This document shows, one piece after another, positions 44,621-57,089 of a DNA stretch of 64,000 nt (positions within the stretch are counted from its first letter, which is position 1; every line of letters starts with the position of its first letter). The stretch is taken from the NCBI GenBank assembly GCA_964016885.1, contig OZ024760.1:23994001-24058000 (forward strand), in the 5' to 3' direction. A program made the translations under genes and the position numbers. Below the pieces are notes generated by a model, which did no database searches, was not told the DNA's origin, and saw only the letters and a program-made list of their open reading frames with translations. The DNA is from Eledone cirrhosa (taxonomy: Eukaryota).

Positions 44621-44980
44621 ATGTGTGTGCGCGTAGATATATGCGTATATTAATTCGTTAACCTCTGTATTAACTCTACAACTATTGAGCTTTGTCCCAC
44701 TCATGTATACTGTTGAAGATGAAGAGAAAGACTGTAAAAACTAGCTTATCTTTATAATTTGAAATTGATACACACTACGATACTTTTTGCCTTATGACAG
44801 CTGGTTTTCACGCCGTAACATTAGATACATTATATACCCCCCACCTAAGTAATGTCAGGGTCTCCTTAAATAGTTTATTGATAGCATTGTTGTAATTGTG
44901 GTTATTGTTCTAATTGAATGCCATAACTACTCCATATTTTCTTTTCTTTTCTTGCCTGTGTATTTTCTTCATTCTCGCAT

Positions 44981-45086
44981 GCTCCGAAGATCTGACTGGT
45001 TATAATTCTGTATTGGCGATCGAGTAACGCAAAATTAAGCGGATAGCGATCTCTAGACATACCAGTTCAGTGAAACAAATGTAAGC
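44981..45086 (+). ncRNA. Hammerhead-like motif with long stem II and CCGAAGA core; mirror copy 43207-43312 (-)
   Basis: GCT-CCGAAGA-TCTGACTGGT...ACCAGTTCAGT-GAAA-CAAATG-TA-AGC. Confidence 0.5.
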
Positions 45087-45311
45087 TATGTGATTAAAAA
45101 CTTTTTTGTATAGCAAACCATGTAAACCTTCTTTCCTGATTTATTATTACTCCAAGTGTTTACAACATAGGAATTACAGCATACCCGCATCATCACTATG
45201 AAAACGCCTTGTTGAGTCAAACCAAGCCAAGCGTTAATATCATCCACTACCTGGAATACCATAACTGGACTTCACCTAAGTGGACTGCATTTAACTATTA
45301 TTTGTTAATCC

Positions 45312-45385
<74 letters not shown>

Positions 45386-45475
45386 GGTTGAATATGTATA
45401 ATAAAGCCAAAACAATGCAGGTGTGGACATAGAAAAAGAATGCAATTGCAAAAGATCTTCTTTTGCAGTTCCATG

Positions 45476-45543
45476 TATTTTATTATGCGCATTTCAAAAA
45501 CAAATATCATGGGATGATATTTGCGTTCTCATCAGATAAAATA
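45476..45543 (-). ncRNA. Type-I hammerhead motif
   Basis: Minus: TATTTTAT-CTGATGA-GAAcGCAAATATCAT-ccc-ATGATATTTGTTTTT-GAAA-TGCGCA-TA-ATAAAATA; perfect 8-bp stem I, palindromic ATGCGCAT. Confidence 0.88.
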
Positions 45544-45662
45544 GGGAGATAGGATTTGACGCTTAAAAAACACTTGCGAGCAGTGAAGTGTTAAATCTAC
45601 ATTTTCCTAATTAAACTATTTTTCACTGGGAAAAATTTGTCAACATTTTCTTTTCCTTTTTA

Positions 45663-45727
<65 letters not shown>

Positions 45728-45767
45728 GATATTAAACAAATGGAAACTATATTTATAAAACCATATT

Positions 45768-45833
45768 TATTTCATTATACATATTTCAGGGATACCATAT
45801 TAAAAATATGGCATGCCTTCTTCAGATAAAATA
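45768..45833 (-). ncRNA. Type-I hammerhead motif (left arm)
   Basis: Near reverse complement of 45989-46054. Confidence 0.85.
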
Positions 45834-45988
45834 CAATATATAAGCAGTTTTATAAATAAATTTGACGTACCATAGAATTTTGAACAACTTCCATTTAAAA
45901 AAGTTGGTTTGGTAGTTGGTTTTTTAAATGGAAGTTGTTCAAAATTCTATGGTACGTCAAATTTATTTATAAAACTGCTTATATATTG

Positions 45989-46054
45989 TATTTTATCTGA
46001 AGAAGGCATGCCATATTTTTTATATGGTATCCCTGAAATATGTATAATGAAATA
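45989..46054 (+). ncRNA. Type-I hammerhead motif (right arm)
   Basis: TATTTTAT-CTGAAGA-AGG-cATGCCATAT..ATATGGTATc-CCT-GAAA-TATGTA-TA-ATGAAATA. Confidence 0.85.
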
Positions 46055-46184
46055 AATATGGTTTTATAAATATAGTTTCCATTTGTTTAATATCGTATAT
46101 CTACTCCAAAACTTGTTGAGTGCTTTATATCAGTTATAAAATATTTACTCGTTGTAACCCAACAATTTTAAATAAAACTTTTGC

Positions 46185-46254
<70 letters not shown>

Positions 46255-46592
46255 GTATATATATATATAAATTAGTAATAAGTATTAGTTAGTATCCAGT
46301 TATAGGTAAAAAGGAGAAGAAAATGCTGACAAATTTTTCCCAGTGAAAAATAGTTTAATTAGGAATAAGTATAAATTAGTATTGGTTAGTATCCAGTTTT
46401 AGTTTTAAGTTTTTACCGGTTGCGCATTTCTTATGCTTTTCAAAAATAATTTTGAGATAGAGCGCTCGTGATTTTTGCTGTATATATATATACATATATA
46501 TGTACAAATATATATATAGAGAGAGTGTTATATGAGTATATATATATATTTATATATATATAAATACATATGTTTATTTGCATATACAAATG

Positions 46593-46623
<31 letters not shown>

Positions 46624-47004
46624 TGTATGTATATATATATATATTGTTATACTTTGGGAGGGTCATGTTGCCAATAAGAAGAGGTCAAAGAATGTGTGAC
46701 GAAAGAACTTTGACAATATATGAACAATCTTCTGGTTGTGGAACCAACCAACCAACCAACCAACCAACCAACCGGAAATTTATAAATTTATAAATTTAAT
46801 TTATAATAAATTGAAGTGAAAGCAACTGGTGCGTGTGTTTCTTATTGGCAACATGACCCTCCCTAAGTATAACAATATCGGTTTCAACACACGTTTTCAG
46901 GTAAAGAATCTTGCTAAACAAATTCAGAAACGATATATATATATATGATATCTTTACTATCACTTTCTTTTGTTTTTCTCCCTACCACCACACAGGTCAC
47001 TACG

Positions 47005-47872
47005 ACCAACCGCTATCACCATCACAACCACCATCACCACCATCACCACCACCACCACCACCATCACCATCGCCACCATCACCACCACCACCATCAGCAT
47101 CACCACCACCACCACCACCACCATCACCACTATCACCACCAACATCATCACCACCATCACCTTCACCACCATCAGCACCATCGCCACCATCACCGCCAAT
47201 ACGCCGCCACCATCACCATCACGATCACCACCACCACCATCACCACCATCACCACCGCCACCACCGCCACCAACACCATCACTACCACCACCACTCTCAC
47301 CACCCTCACCACAACCACCATTACCACCATCACCACCAACACCACCACCACCATCATCACCACCACCACCATCACCACCAACACCACCATAGCTACCACT
47401 ACCATCACCACCACCAATACCTCCACCATCACCATTACCACCACCACCATCACCACCAACACCACCGCCACCATCACCTCCACCACCAACACCATCACCA
47501 GCCTCACCACCATCACCACCGCCACCATCACCTCCACCACCAACACCATCACCACCCTCACCACCATCACCAACACCATCACCACCACCACCCTCACCAC
47601 CAACACCACCATCACCACCGCCACCATCACCTCCAACACCACCGCCACCAACATCACCACCACCACCACCAACATCATCACCACCGCCATCACCAACACC
47701 ACCACCACCATCACCGCCATTACCACCATCATCACCATCACTATGTTGGTGATGGTGGTGATGGTAGTGATGGTGTTGGTGATGGTGTTGATAGTAGTGA
47801 TGGTGGTGGTGGTGGTGGTGGTGATGGTGGTGGTGGTGCTGTTGGTGGTGGTGGTGGTGGTGGCGGTGGTTG
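47005..47872. repeat. (CAC/CAT)n tract switching to its complement (GGT)n; similar at 40770-41140
   Basis: Seen directly. Confidence 0.9.
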
Positions 47873-48349
47873 GTCGCAGTGACCTGTGTGGTGGTGGGGA
47901 GGAAAACAAAAGAATGGGGAAGTGATAGTGGTGGTGATGATGGGGGGAGGGAGATATGGGGAGAGGAGGAGAGAGAGAGCGGGTGAATATGATTGTGGTG
48001 GTGGTGTTGGTCGGAGGGAGATGGAGAGACAAAAAGAGAGAGGGGTAGGGGGTAGGGCGTAAGACTGTGGTGGTGGTGGTGGTGGTATTGGGAAAATGAG
48101 AGAGAGGGGGTTAATGAGACTGTGGAGGTGTTGGGGAAATTACGGAGAGAGGAAATGTTTGTGAACAATGTGGAGCAGGTAACAGGTAGGAGGTCAACAG
48201 GTCAGTATGTCGAATTAAAACTGACCACTCCCTTGCGACGGTCGACAATAAACAAACACCTCCTTTTGTCCTACTCACTTTCGTGTGGCGGAGGAATACT
48301 TCAGAAAACACCACCTCCCACCATACACCCTTGCCCTTCTCTCTCACCT

Positions 48350-48380
48350 TATAAAACCACAAAGGTTTCGAGATATTCAG
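48350..48380 (+). promoter_or_regulatory. Candidate TATA box and initiator upstream of CIR1-like copy 2
   Basis: TATAAAA at 48350-48356 with TTCAG ~28 bp downstream, ~200 bp before the ATG; a weak signal in AT-rich DNA. Confidence 0.3.
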
Positions 48381-48549
48381 CCAGATCACCTGTAGTTACC
48401 ACTACAGACGTACAACTTACAAGTACTCAAAGGGAAAGCTTCTTTCTTCAAACACCACCAGTATCTCGTCCTCCACGAAACATCTATAGCTGAAACCAAC
48501 GTGATTCTAACCCAGACCATCAGCGACAAATCCTCTCTATTCTGCCGAA

Positions 48550-49068
48550 ATGGAAATGACCAATGTACGCTGTATGAAGTGTTTCAAGTGGGGTCATATG
48601 AATACGGATAAGAAATGTCCAATGTATAGACAAATCTCCACAACAGAACTCTCTCAAAGAAACTTCCGGTCAACTCGTACCTCTCAAAGAAGCAAGTCAA
48701 AGAACGAGAAGAGTGCTATCTCAGCTTTGAAAACTACCAACATCTCAACTTTGAAAACTACCAACATCTCAACTTTGAAAACTACCAACATCCCAACTTT
48801 GGTGGAAGATAAAGAAAATATATCAATAATAACCACCAACTTTGATACGGTTGTGGAAGATAATGATGGCTGGAAAGTAAAGACAAGCTCCCTATCAACT
48901 GATGTGGAAAAGAAAGAAGATACGAAGATAAAATGTTGTAAAGATAAAGATTTAGAAAACTTGAAATATTTAAAGACATATTGGAAGAAGTTGTTGTTGA
49001 AAAGATATTTGGATTGTAATGAAAGAGATTCATCTACAGAACCGAAGTCAAAGAAAGGTAGATATTGA
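48550..49068 (+). CDS. Truncated CIR1-like zinc-knuckle protein, copy 2 (172 aa, intronless)
   Basis: NVRCMKCFKWGHMNTDKKCP; differs from copy 1 by frame-preserving indels (24 bp, 3 bp) and ~11 substitutions. Confidence 0.65.
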   Translation: MEMTNVRCMKCFKWGHMNTDKKCPMYRQISTTELSQRNFRSTRTSQRSKSKNEKSAISALKTTNISTLKTTNISTLKTTNIPTLVEDKENISIITTNFDTVVEDNDGWKVKTSSLSTDVEKKEDTKIKCCKDKDLENLKYLKTYWKKLLLKRYLDCNERDSSTEPKSKKGRY

Positions 49069-49842
49069 TAAATTACCCCAAGATATAACTGGTGTGAAAT
49101 ATAGTCAAATGTAACAGACATTTGAAATAATATCTTAACACTAACATGATTCAGCTGGTAAAGTCCTTTATGTACTAAATACTTTATAATTTCTTAACAT
49201 CAACATATACTGAAAAATAATATTACACTTACGAAAATAGAATCTATTTTCTAAATACTTACATCGAACTTGTGAGAAAACATTCTTTATACAAATACTT
49301 TATATTATCTTTACGCGAAGATATAACTGGTATAAAAATATTCTTTATACATCAACTACTTTATACTTTCTACACCTCAAGACATATATTTAGTGCTGTA
49401 CCTGTTACACCAAACACCTGTCTCGTTCTTTACATCAAGATTCACCTGTCTTCCAAATACAGATTAATTTGAACACTTAAACTATATTTTTTCTATTTTA
49501 TAATAAATCATCTTATTTCATAATTCAGTCTTGTTGTTCCTTATTTCCAGATATTCACATTTGATTGATACACACACACACACATATATCTATATATACA
49601 TTAAGTTGTATTGATTTTATTGGTAACACTAATTTGTGGGTATATAATATCCATATATATGAAATGAATATTTAAATTTTACTCGGGAATTGAGTCAACT
49701 ACATACAGTTATACACGCAGACACACACACATCTAGATATATATATATTTGTTTACAAACGAATCGAACATCATTACCTATGTTCGATATAAGCCATACG
49801 TACATATGTATATGTGTGTGTATATATATATATATATAAATT

Positions 49843-49883
<41 letters not shown>

Positions 49884-50434
49884 ATATATATGTATATGAA
49901 TATATACCAATAATGGAATTGAATAATCAAGACCGTAGCGGTTTGTCATATATCAAATCATATATTTTGTCTGATGAGGACGTACTGAAAAAAAAAAAAC
50001 ACAGTACCTTATTATGTCTCATATAAAATAATACAACTGGCTATCCGCAAAATACGTATAGTTAGCACCCCAAAGGTATATCCTAATGTTTGTTGACTGA
50101 GACAGAAGCCGGTCGGAGTATTGCTTAAAGCTTTCTCTGTTAATGTATTAAATATAATAAAGTATATATTTTGATTATGAGAATATTTTTCATTTGTTAA
50201 TATTTTGAATAATATATGTATATATATATGTGTGTATATATATATATATGTGTGTATATATTTATATCTGTGTTTTGAACCGTTGGTCAATCAATGATAA
50301 ACGTTGATTGCCAAATAAATTAACTATGGAGATATAAAAGATACAGAGGCGAAAACCAACCAAACAGTGAGTGTGTTCTGTTATTATTTCTGGCAATATT
50401 ATTACAACAATATGACCCTCCCCAAGTATAACAA

Positions 50435-50440
50435 TATATA

Positions 50441-50475
<35 letters not shown>

Positions 50476-51411
50476 GTAGTTATATATATAATATTTATAT
50501 ATCTATGTATTTATATATGTATATATAATTATATATATATACGTAGTTATATATATATAGATATATAATATTTATATATATATATATAATATTTATATAT
50601 ATATATATAATATTTATATATAGATATAATATTTATATATATATATAATATTTATATATATATATATATATATATGTATTTATATATGTATATATATATA
50701 TATATGTATTTATATATGTATATATATATATATATGTATTTATATATGTATATATATATATATATGTATTTATATATGTATATATATATATATATGTATT
50801 TATATATGTATATATATATATATGTATATATAATTATATATATAATTATATATATGTATATATAATTATATATATATATGTATATATAATTATATATATG
50901 TATATATAATTATATATATATATATATGTATATATAATTATATATATATGTATATATAATTATATATATATGTATATATAATTATATATATATGTATATA
51001 TAATTATATATATATATATATATAATTATATATATATATATATATAATTATAATTATATATATAATTATATATACATATATATATATATAATTATATATA
51101 TATATATAATTATATATATATATATATAATTATATATATATATATATATATAATTATATATATGTATATATAATTATATATATATATTTATATATATATA
51201 TTTATATATAATTATATATATATATTTATATATATATATTTATATATATTTATATATATATATTTATATATAATTATATATATATATTTATATATAATTA
51301 TATATATTTATATATGTATATATAATTATATATATATATTTATATATAATTATATATATTTATATATATATAATTATATATATTTATATATATATATATT
51401 TATATATATAT
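50435..51411. repeat. (TA)n-derived compound microsatellite
   Basis: Seen directly. Confidence 0.95.
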
Positions 51412-51563
51412 AGTTAAAGAATGAAGAGTAACATGGTTGGCTGTACAATAAGGGGCTTTATTTAAAGTACTGACAATTGTTTCGTTGATCAGGTGAGTCT
51501 AGATTTCGCTAATCGTTTGAAGTTGCGTCATTCGATCTCCCATACATTATTTACATCTTGTCA

Positions 51564-51715
51564 GCGTCGGTAGAGGGTCGGACGCCATGCTTTGACACAT
51601 AGAGTTACGGCCCTTGCCATTCTGAGTTCAAATCCCGCCGAGGTTAACTTTGCCTTTCATCCTTACGGGGTCGATAAAATAGTTAACTGCTGGCCTTGTG
51701 CCAATAGTAGAAACA
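51564..51715 (+). mobile_element. 5'-truncated SINE with 18-bp TSD, inserted in a hammerhead element
   Basis: TSD ATTATTTACATCTTGTCA at 51546-51563 and 51716-51733. Confidence 0.9.
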
Positions 51716-52057
51716 ATTATTTACATCTTGTCAACACATCAGAGTACGTAGATATATAAATAATTCATTCGAAGCAAGACATATATAGAAAAATATTTAT
51801 ATATATATATTAATATATATATATATAGAAGTTATATTTAATTTGTTGGGATACAACAAGCAAATATTTTTATAACTGATATAAAGCACTCAACAAATTA
51901 TTGGAGTAAAAATACAATACATTAGCAAATGGAAACTATATTTATAAAACCATATTTATTTCATTATACATATTTCAAGGACACCAAAGCATCCAAACGA
52001 CTTGGTCGCATTCTTTAAGGGTATGTCAATATTTGTTTATAAAACTGATCTATATTA

Positions 52058-52122
52058 TATTTTATCTGATGAAAGCGCACCATAATTTGCTTTGGTGTCC
52101 TTGAAATATGTATAATGAAATA
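52058..52122 (+). ncRNA. Type-I hammerhead motif
   Basis: TATTTTAT-CTGATGA-AAG-cGCACCA..TGGTGTc-CTT-GAAA-TATGTA-TA-ATGAAATA; element ~51828-52165 has a partial inverted repeat. Confidence 0.88.
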
Positions 52123-52432
52123 AATATGGTTTTATACATATAGTTTCCATTTGCTAATATATTGTATATATATATATATTTATATATATATATATATTTA
52201 TATATTTATATATATATATATATATATATAAAGAATTAGTATATCTACCAACATATATATACAGATGTATACCTATGCTAGCAAATATATAGGTTTTGTC
52301 TTAGTAACTTTGTGGTTCAATGCAAGGAGATGCAGAACAATTATATGAAAGACGTAAAATAAGAAAATTATAAAAATTTACTTACTTACTAAAATTTCAC
52401 TCCAACTAATTAGTTTCTGAAAGGGAATAAAC

Positions 52433-52468
<36 letters not shown>

Positions 52469-52480
52469 GTATACATATGT

Positions 52481-52549
52481 CCGATGAACGAATGAGGACG
52501 GTTTCGTATTCGTCTTATTCAAGAAACCTCTGGTAATGAGGTAATTATA
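52481..52549 (+). ncRNA. Degenerate hammerhead with full stem III
   Basis: CCGATGA-..GAATGAGGACG..CGTCTTATTC..-GAAA-CCTC-tggtaat-GAGG-TA; U4C core change, poor stem I. Confidence 0.45.
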
Positions 52550-53574
52550 TTGTATTGTTTATTATACATTAAATTTAGCTCTGTAACTTACATAGAGCAC
52601 TCTTCACTCCTATGACTTTTTCAATTTTCAACGGAAACTTCAATACTTATATGTATACATATATATATTTATATGTATGTATATTTATTTATGTATATAT
52701 ATTTATATATGTATATTTATTTATGTATATATATTTATATATATATATGTATGTATATTTATTTATGTATAAATATATATATATATATATATTTATTTAT
52801 GTATATATATTTATATATATATATATATTTATTTATGTATATATATTTATATATATATATGTATATTTATTTATGTATATATATATATGTGTGTATATAT
52901 GTATATTTATTTATGTATATATATTTATATATAAATATGTATATTTATTTATGTATATATATATATGTGTGTATATATGTATATTTATTTATGTATATAT
53001 ATATATATATATATATGTATATTTTTATATATATATATATATGTATATTTATATATATATATATTAAATATTAATTCAAAATATTTTATATATATATATA
53101 TATCATATATATGGTATATATATATATATATAATATATAATATATATGTTGGTGGTGATAGTAGCTGGGGTAATGACCGATTGGGGTGGGTAAGATGAGA
53201 AGGTGATGGTGTTGGGGAGAGAGAAATAAAGCAACGGGGTAGGGAGAGAACGTGATGGTGGTGGTGGTGGTGGTGGTGGTCATTGTGGTGATGGCGATGA
53301 TGGAGATTGGTGGTGGAGGAGAAAGACAGAGAGATATAAGGTATGTGATGGTGGTGTGGAAGTTGGGGAGAGAGATAGTCTAACATTGAAGTGGTGGTGG
53401 TGGTGATATTGGGAGGGGAGAGAGAGAGAGAGAATGTCATTGTGGTGGTGGTGTTGGTGGTGGGAGGTGAGAAAGAAAGAGAGAAGGTATGTTTATGTAG
53501 AAAGTGTAAGAGGTATACGGTAGTTGGTCAGCAGGTCAGTGTGTCAAATATTACCTTTATTATTTAGGGATGAA

Positions 53575-53759
53575 GGGCGGTGGATTGGCAGTATCGGTAG
53601 AGAGTCGGACGCCATGCTTTCCAGCATAGTTACGTCCCTTTACAATCTGTGTTCAAATCCCGCCGAGGTTGACTTTGCCTTTCATCCTTACCGGGTCGAT
53701 AAAATAAAGTACCAGTAATGTACTGGGTATTTGCTGGCCTTGTGCCAAAAGTAGAAACA
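53575..53759 (+). mobile_element. Full-length SINE with 16-bp TSD
   Basis: TSD ATTATTTAGGGATGAA at 53559-53574 and 53760-53775; empty site in the mirrored arm at ~31984-31999. Confidence 0.93.
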
Positions 53760-54067
53760 ATTATTTAGGGATGAAAGATGACACCGACTGATGGTCAGTG
53801 AGGACATGGGTTGGGGAGATAGAGAGAGGCAGGGAGAGATAGATATTGATAGAAAGAGAAGGGGGTAGATAGATTGAGACTGAGTGAGAGAGGGACAGGG
53901 CTAGATAGATAGAGAGTGGAGAGAGAGAAAGAGAGAGACAGGGAAAGATAGAGAGAAAGAGACAGGGATAGATAGATAGATAGAGATAGAGTGAGAGAGA
54001 AGAATAGATTAGATAGAGAGACAGAGAGAGAAACAGGGAAAGATGGATGGATTCAGAGATAGGGGGA

Positions 54068-54100
<33 letters not shown>

Positions 54101-54311
54101 GGGGATAGATAGAGAGTGAGAGAGAAATAGATAGATTGAGATAGAGAGGGATAGAGAGAGAGAGACTGACATCATTTTGTAAACTCATAGCTCCTTAAAT
54201 CTGCAGAGGAATACATCAGGACAAATTGTTCATCCCCCCCCCCCCCCTCATCCCACGTTCCCCCACAACGAATACTCAAACATATATATGTATACATACA
54301 CACACACACAC

Positions 54312-54354
<43 letters not shown>

Positions 54355-54748
54355 AAAAAGTGAGTCCTTCATCAGTGACCCTCCAACCGTCCTGGGCATT
54401 TCATCGCTTTAAGGGCCATATGCCTCGGGTTGGTGCGAACAACGGCTAAAAAAAGTCGTTGGGGACACGTAAATAAAGGGGGACGCCAGAGTAACAACAA
54501 AAAAGTTTTAGCAACGGAAAGTGAGTAGAAATAGACAAGTCCCAGATCTCTATGAATATAAACTCTGTGAAATCGTGAACAAGAGACAAAAGACCATCAA
54601 ACCTGGTTGAAATGTGAGCAAGGAAAGAATTTCGCCCAAGTTTAGTAATAATAATAAATTTGAAGACTAAAACCCGTTAAGGGTGAAGAGAAGCAGCGAT
54701 TCTTTGCTTAAACTTTAATTTGTTATTTTAATAAATATAAAATATATA

Positions 54749-54779
<31 letters not shown>

Positions 54780-55014
54780 GGAAAAAGTATGACCTGACGG
54801 CAGAGCTCAAGCCTTTTCGACGGCAATTTCTGAACTAAATTCATTTAGTCATACTTTTTCCTATTACCCACTCTAATACCCTAAGTATTGAGTACTCTGG
54901 TGCGTTATGGTCCATCTGGTTCCTTACCACAATTCCTTCGTTATATATATATATGATATATATATAGTATATACGATATTAAATAAATGGAAACTATATT
55001 TATAAAACCATATT

Positions 55015-55080
55015 TATTTCATTATATATATTTCAGGGATATCATATTAACAATATGCTATGCCTTCCTCAGACAAAATA
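55015..55080 (-). ncRNA. Type-I hammerhead motif
   Basis: Minus: TATTTTGT-CTGAGGA-AGG..CCT-GAAA-TATATA-TA-ATGAAATA. Confidence 0.8.
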
Positions 55081-55530
55081 CAATATAAACAGTTTTATAG
55101 ATAAATAGATTTGACATACCGTACAACATCGACTTGTATTTGAAAATACTTGTCGAGTGCTTTTATATCAGTTATAAATATTTACTAGTTGCAACCCAAC
55201 AATTTAAATATAACTTTCCATATATATATATATAATATATATATAAGTAAAAAACAAAAAACAAAACACTATCAAAGAGTGCAGTACGAACAGTGTTAGT
55301 ATTAGGTTCACGCTTGAGAGTATGGGATATATATATTTATAAAGAGAGAGGGGGGGGGGGGGGGCATAGAGTGTGTTTGATATAGATATATCTAATCTAT
55401 TTATATACTTATGTTACTATATATATGCATATATATATATATGTGTGTATATATATGCATATATTATATATATGTGTGTATATATATGCATATATATATA
55501 TATATATATGTGTATATATATGTATATATA

Positions 55531-55595
<65 letters not shown>

Positions 55596-56082
55596 GAAAA
55601 ACAAGGGGAGAAGAATACTTGCATGGTTGCACATGGATTACATATTATAAAATTAGTCCCTCATCAGTGATTTGCCAACCATCATTGGTATTTCGTCGCA
55701 TTAAAAATCAGATACCTCAGGTTGGTGCGAACAATAACTAAAATAAGCTATTGGGACAATGTGAACGCGTAAAGCGAGTGAGACAAGTAAACAACAGAAG
55801 GAAAAGCAAACCGAAGATTGGAAAAACAGCAAGCCACATGATGGTTATCCGATCAGCATAAGGTGGGTGAATTTCATGAGCCGTCAGAGAAGCAGACCGT
55901 ACGCCGTGAATGCGGGTGTGAGAAAGAAGGAACCCCAGACTACTAGCGAACGGGAGGAAGTGAGAAGGGGAGAAACAGAGAGTGAGTGAGTGGAAGTGCG
56001 AGGAAGAGGTCAGTCGAGAGAAAAAGTGTAACTGACAGAGAGGGCGAAAGAAGGTAAGAGAAACAGAGAGAACGGGGGAGCA

Positions 56083-56159
<77 letters not shown>

Positions 56160-56483
56160 ATATATAAGAAGGTAGTACAGCATAATCGAAGCTCTGGTTG
56201 CGGGCAAGCTAACGAATGCTGTCGGGAAGTGCAGCCAAAAGCACTCAATAAGGAATTTTACCTTAGAGTTATAACATTACGTTTAGACAGCTTTGCAAAT
56301 TGCCAGCGACCGAAAAGCGAGTCGCTAGGACCAGAACAACGAAAGAACCGACCCAGGGAAAAGTTTTACTGTTACCTGGACCATCGTGGACATATTACAT
56401 AAAATTATATAACATCTCCACTAGGTTTCTGTAAATCCGAAATCAACAAAATCCATTTGCAGGGGCCTGCAAGTTAATTGGGT

Positions 56484-56700
56484 TATATATATAATGGAAA
56501 AATTTGAACAGGGACAAAACAGAGAGGCAGTACAACAAATGTTTATTAATTTCACGCTCTGGAGAGTGGGGTGTTGGTGGGGGACGACGTTTCGGGCATA
56601 AGCCCTTCCTCAGGTGAGAAGTGTGTGGGAATAGAGTTCAAAAGGTGTGTACTGCCTCTCTGTTTTGTCCCTGTTCAAATTTTTCCATTATATATATATA
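56484..56700. mobile_element. Short element with ~50-bp terminal inverted repeats enclosing a minimal hammerhead (56584-56617, minus)
   Basis: AATGGAAAAATTTGAACAGGGACAAAACAGAGAGGCAGTACA is inverted at 56648-56690; minus strand CTGAGGA-A-GGGC-ttat-GCCC-GAAACGTC; stem I weak. Confidence 0.65.
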
Positions 56701-56839
56701 TATATATATTCTCACATATATATAGATGTATATAAATTATATATGCATATACATATATATATAGATATAAACGCATATATATATATTTGCATATCCATAT
56801 GTGTATATATATATGTGAGTGTATGTGTGTGTGTGTGTG

Positions 56840-57060
56840 TGGTGAAGCAGCGAATATCACCAGCCATCGGCCGGGGAAATGCTTTTGCCGTCTTGCTCGT
56901 GGGGCTGCAACACTCCTTCCCCCTTCCTCCAGTCCCAAAGCCCAATCACCCTCCCCTGACCCCCCCCCCCTACTTCTGTAACACCAAAGCTCATACCATC
57001 CCCTCCCTTTCTTTCTTTTTTGTTGCTACTATTGTTATCAATTTGTTTATGTAAATAAAC
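56840..57060 (+). mobile_element. CRE-like LINE extreme 3' fragment next to (TG)n
   Basis: KQRISPAIGRGNAFAVL, the same motif as the 7.9-8.3-kb fragment, then a UTR ending in AATAAA. Confidence 0.55.
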
Positions 57061-57089
57061 TGAATATTATTCTTCTTTATCCCTGGCAA

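Larger units (their letters stand above)
43149..45311 (+). mobile_element. Penelope-like element, 5'-truncated with inverted pLTR
   Basis: 43149-43392 is inverted at 44901-45144; internal open frame; (TA)n flanks. Confidence 0.88.
45722..46188. mobile_element. Head-to-head palindromic hammerhead element
   Basis: 45722-45902 is inverted at 45920-46100, with (TA)n on both sides. Confidence 0.8.

Noticed and set aside
46911-48168. His-rich, Gly-rich and Thr-rich ORFs
   Set aside because: (CAC/CAT)n microsatellite open in nearly all frames, with no supporting domain.
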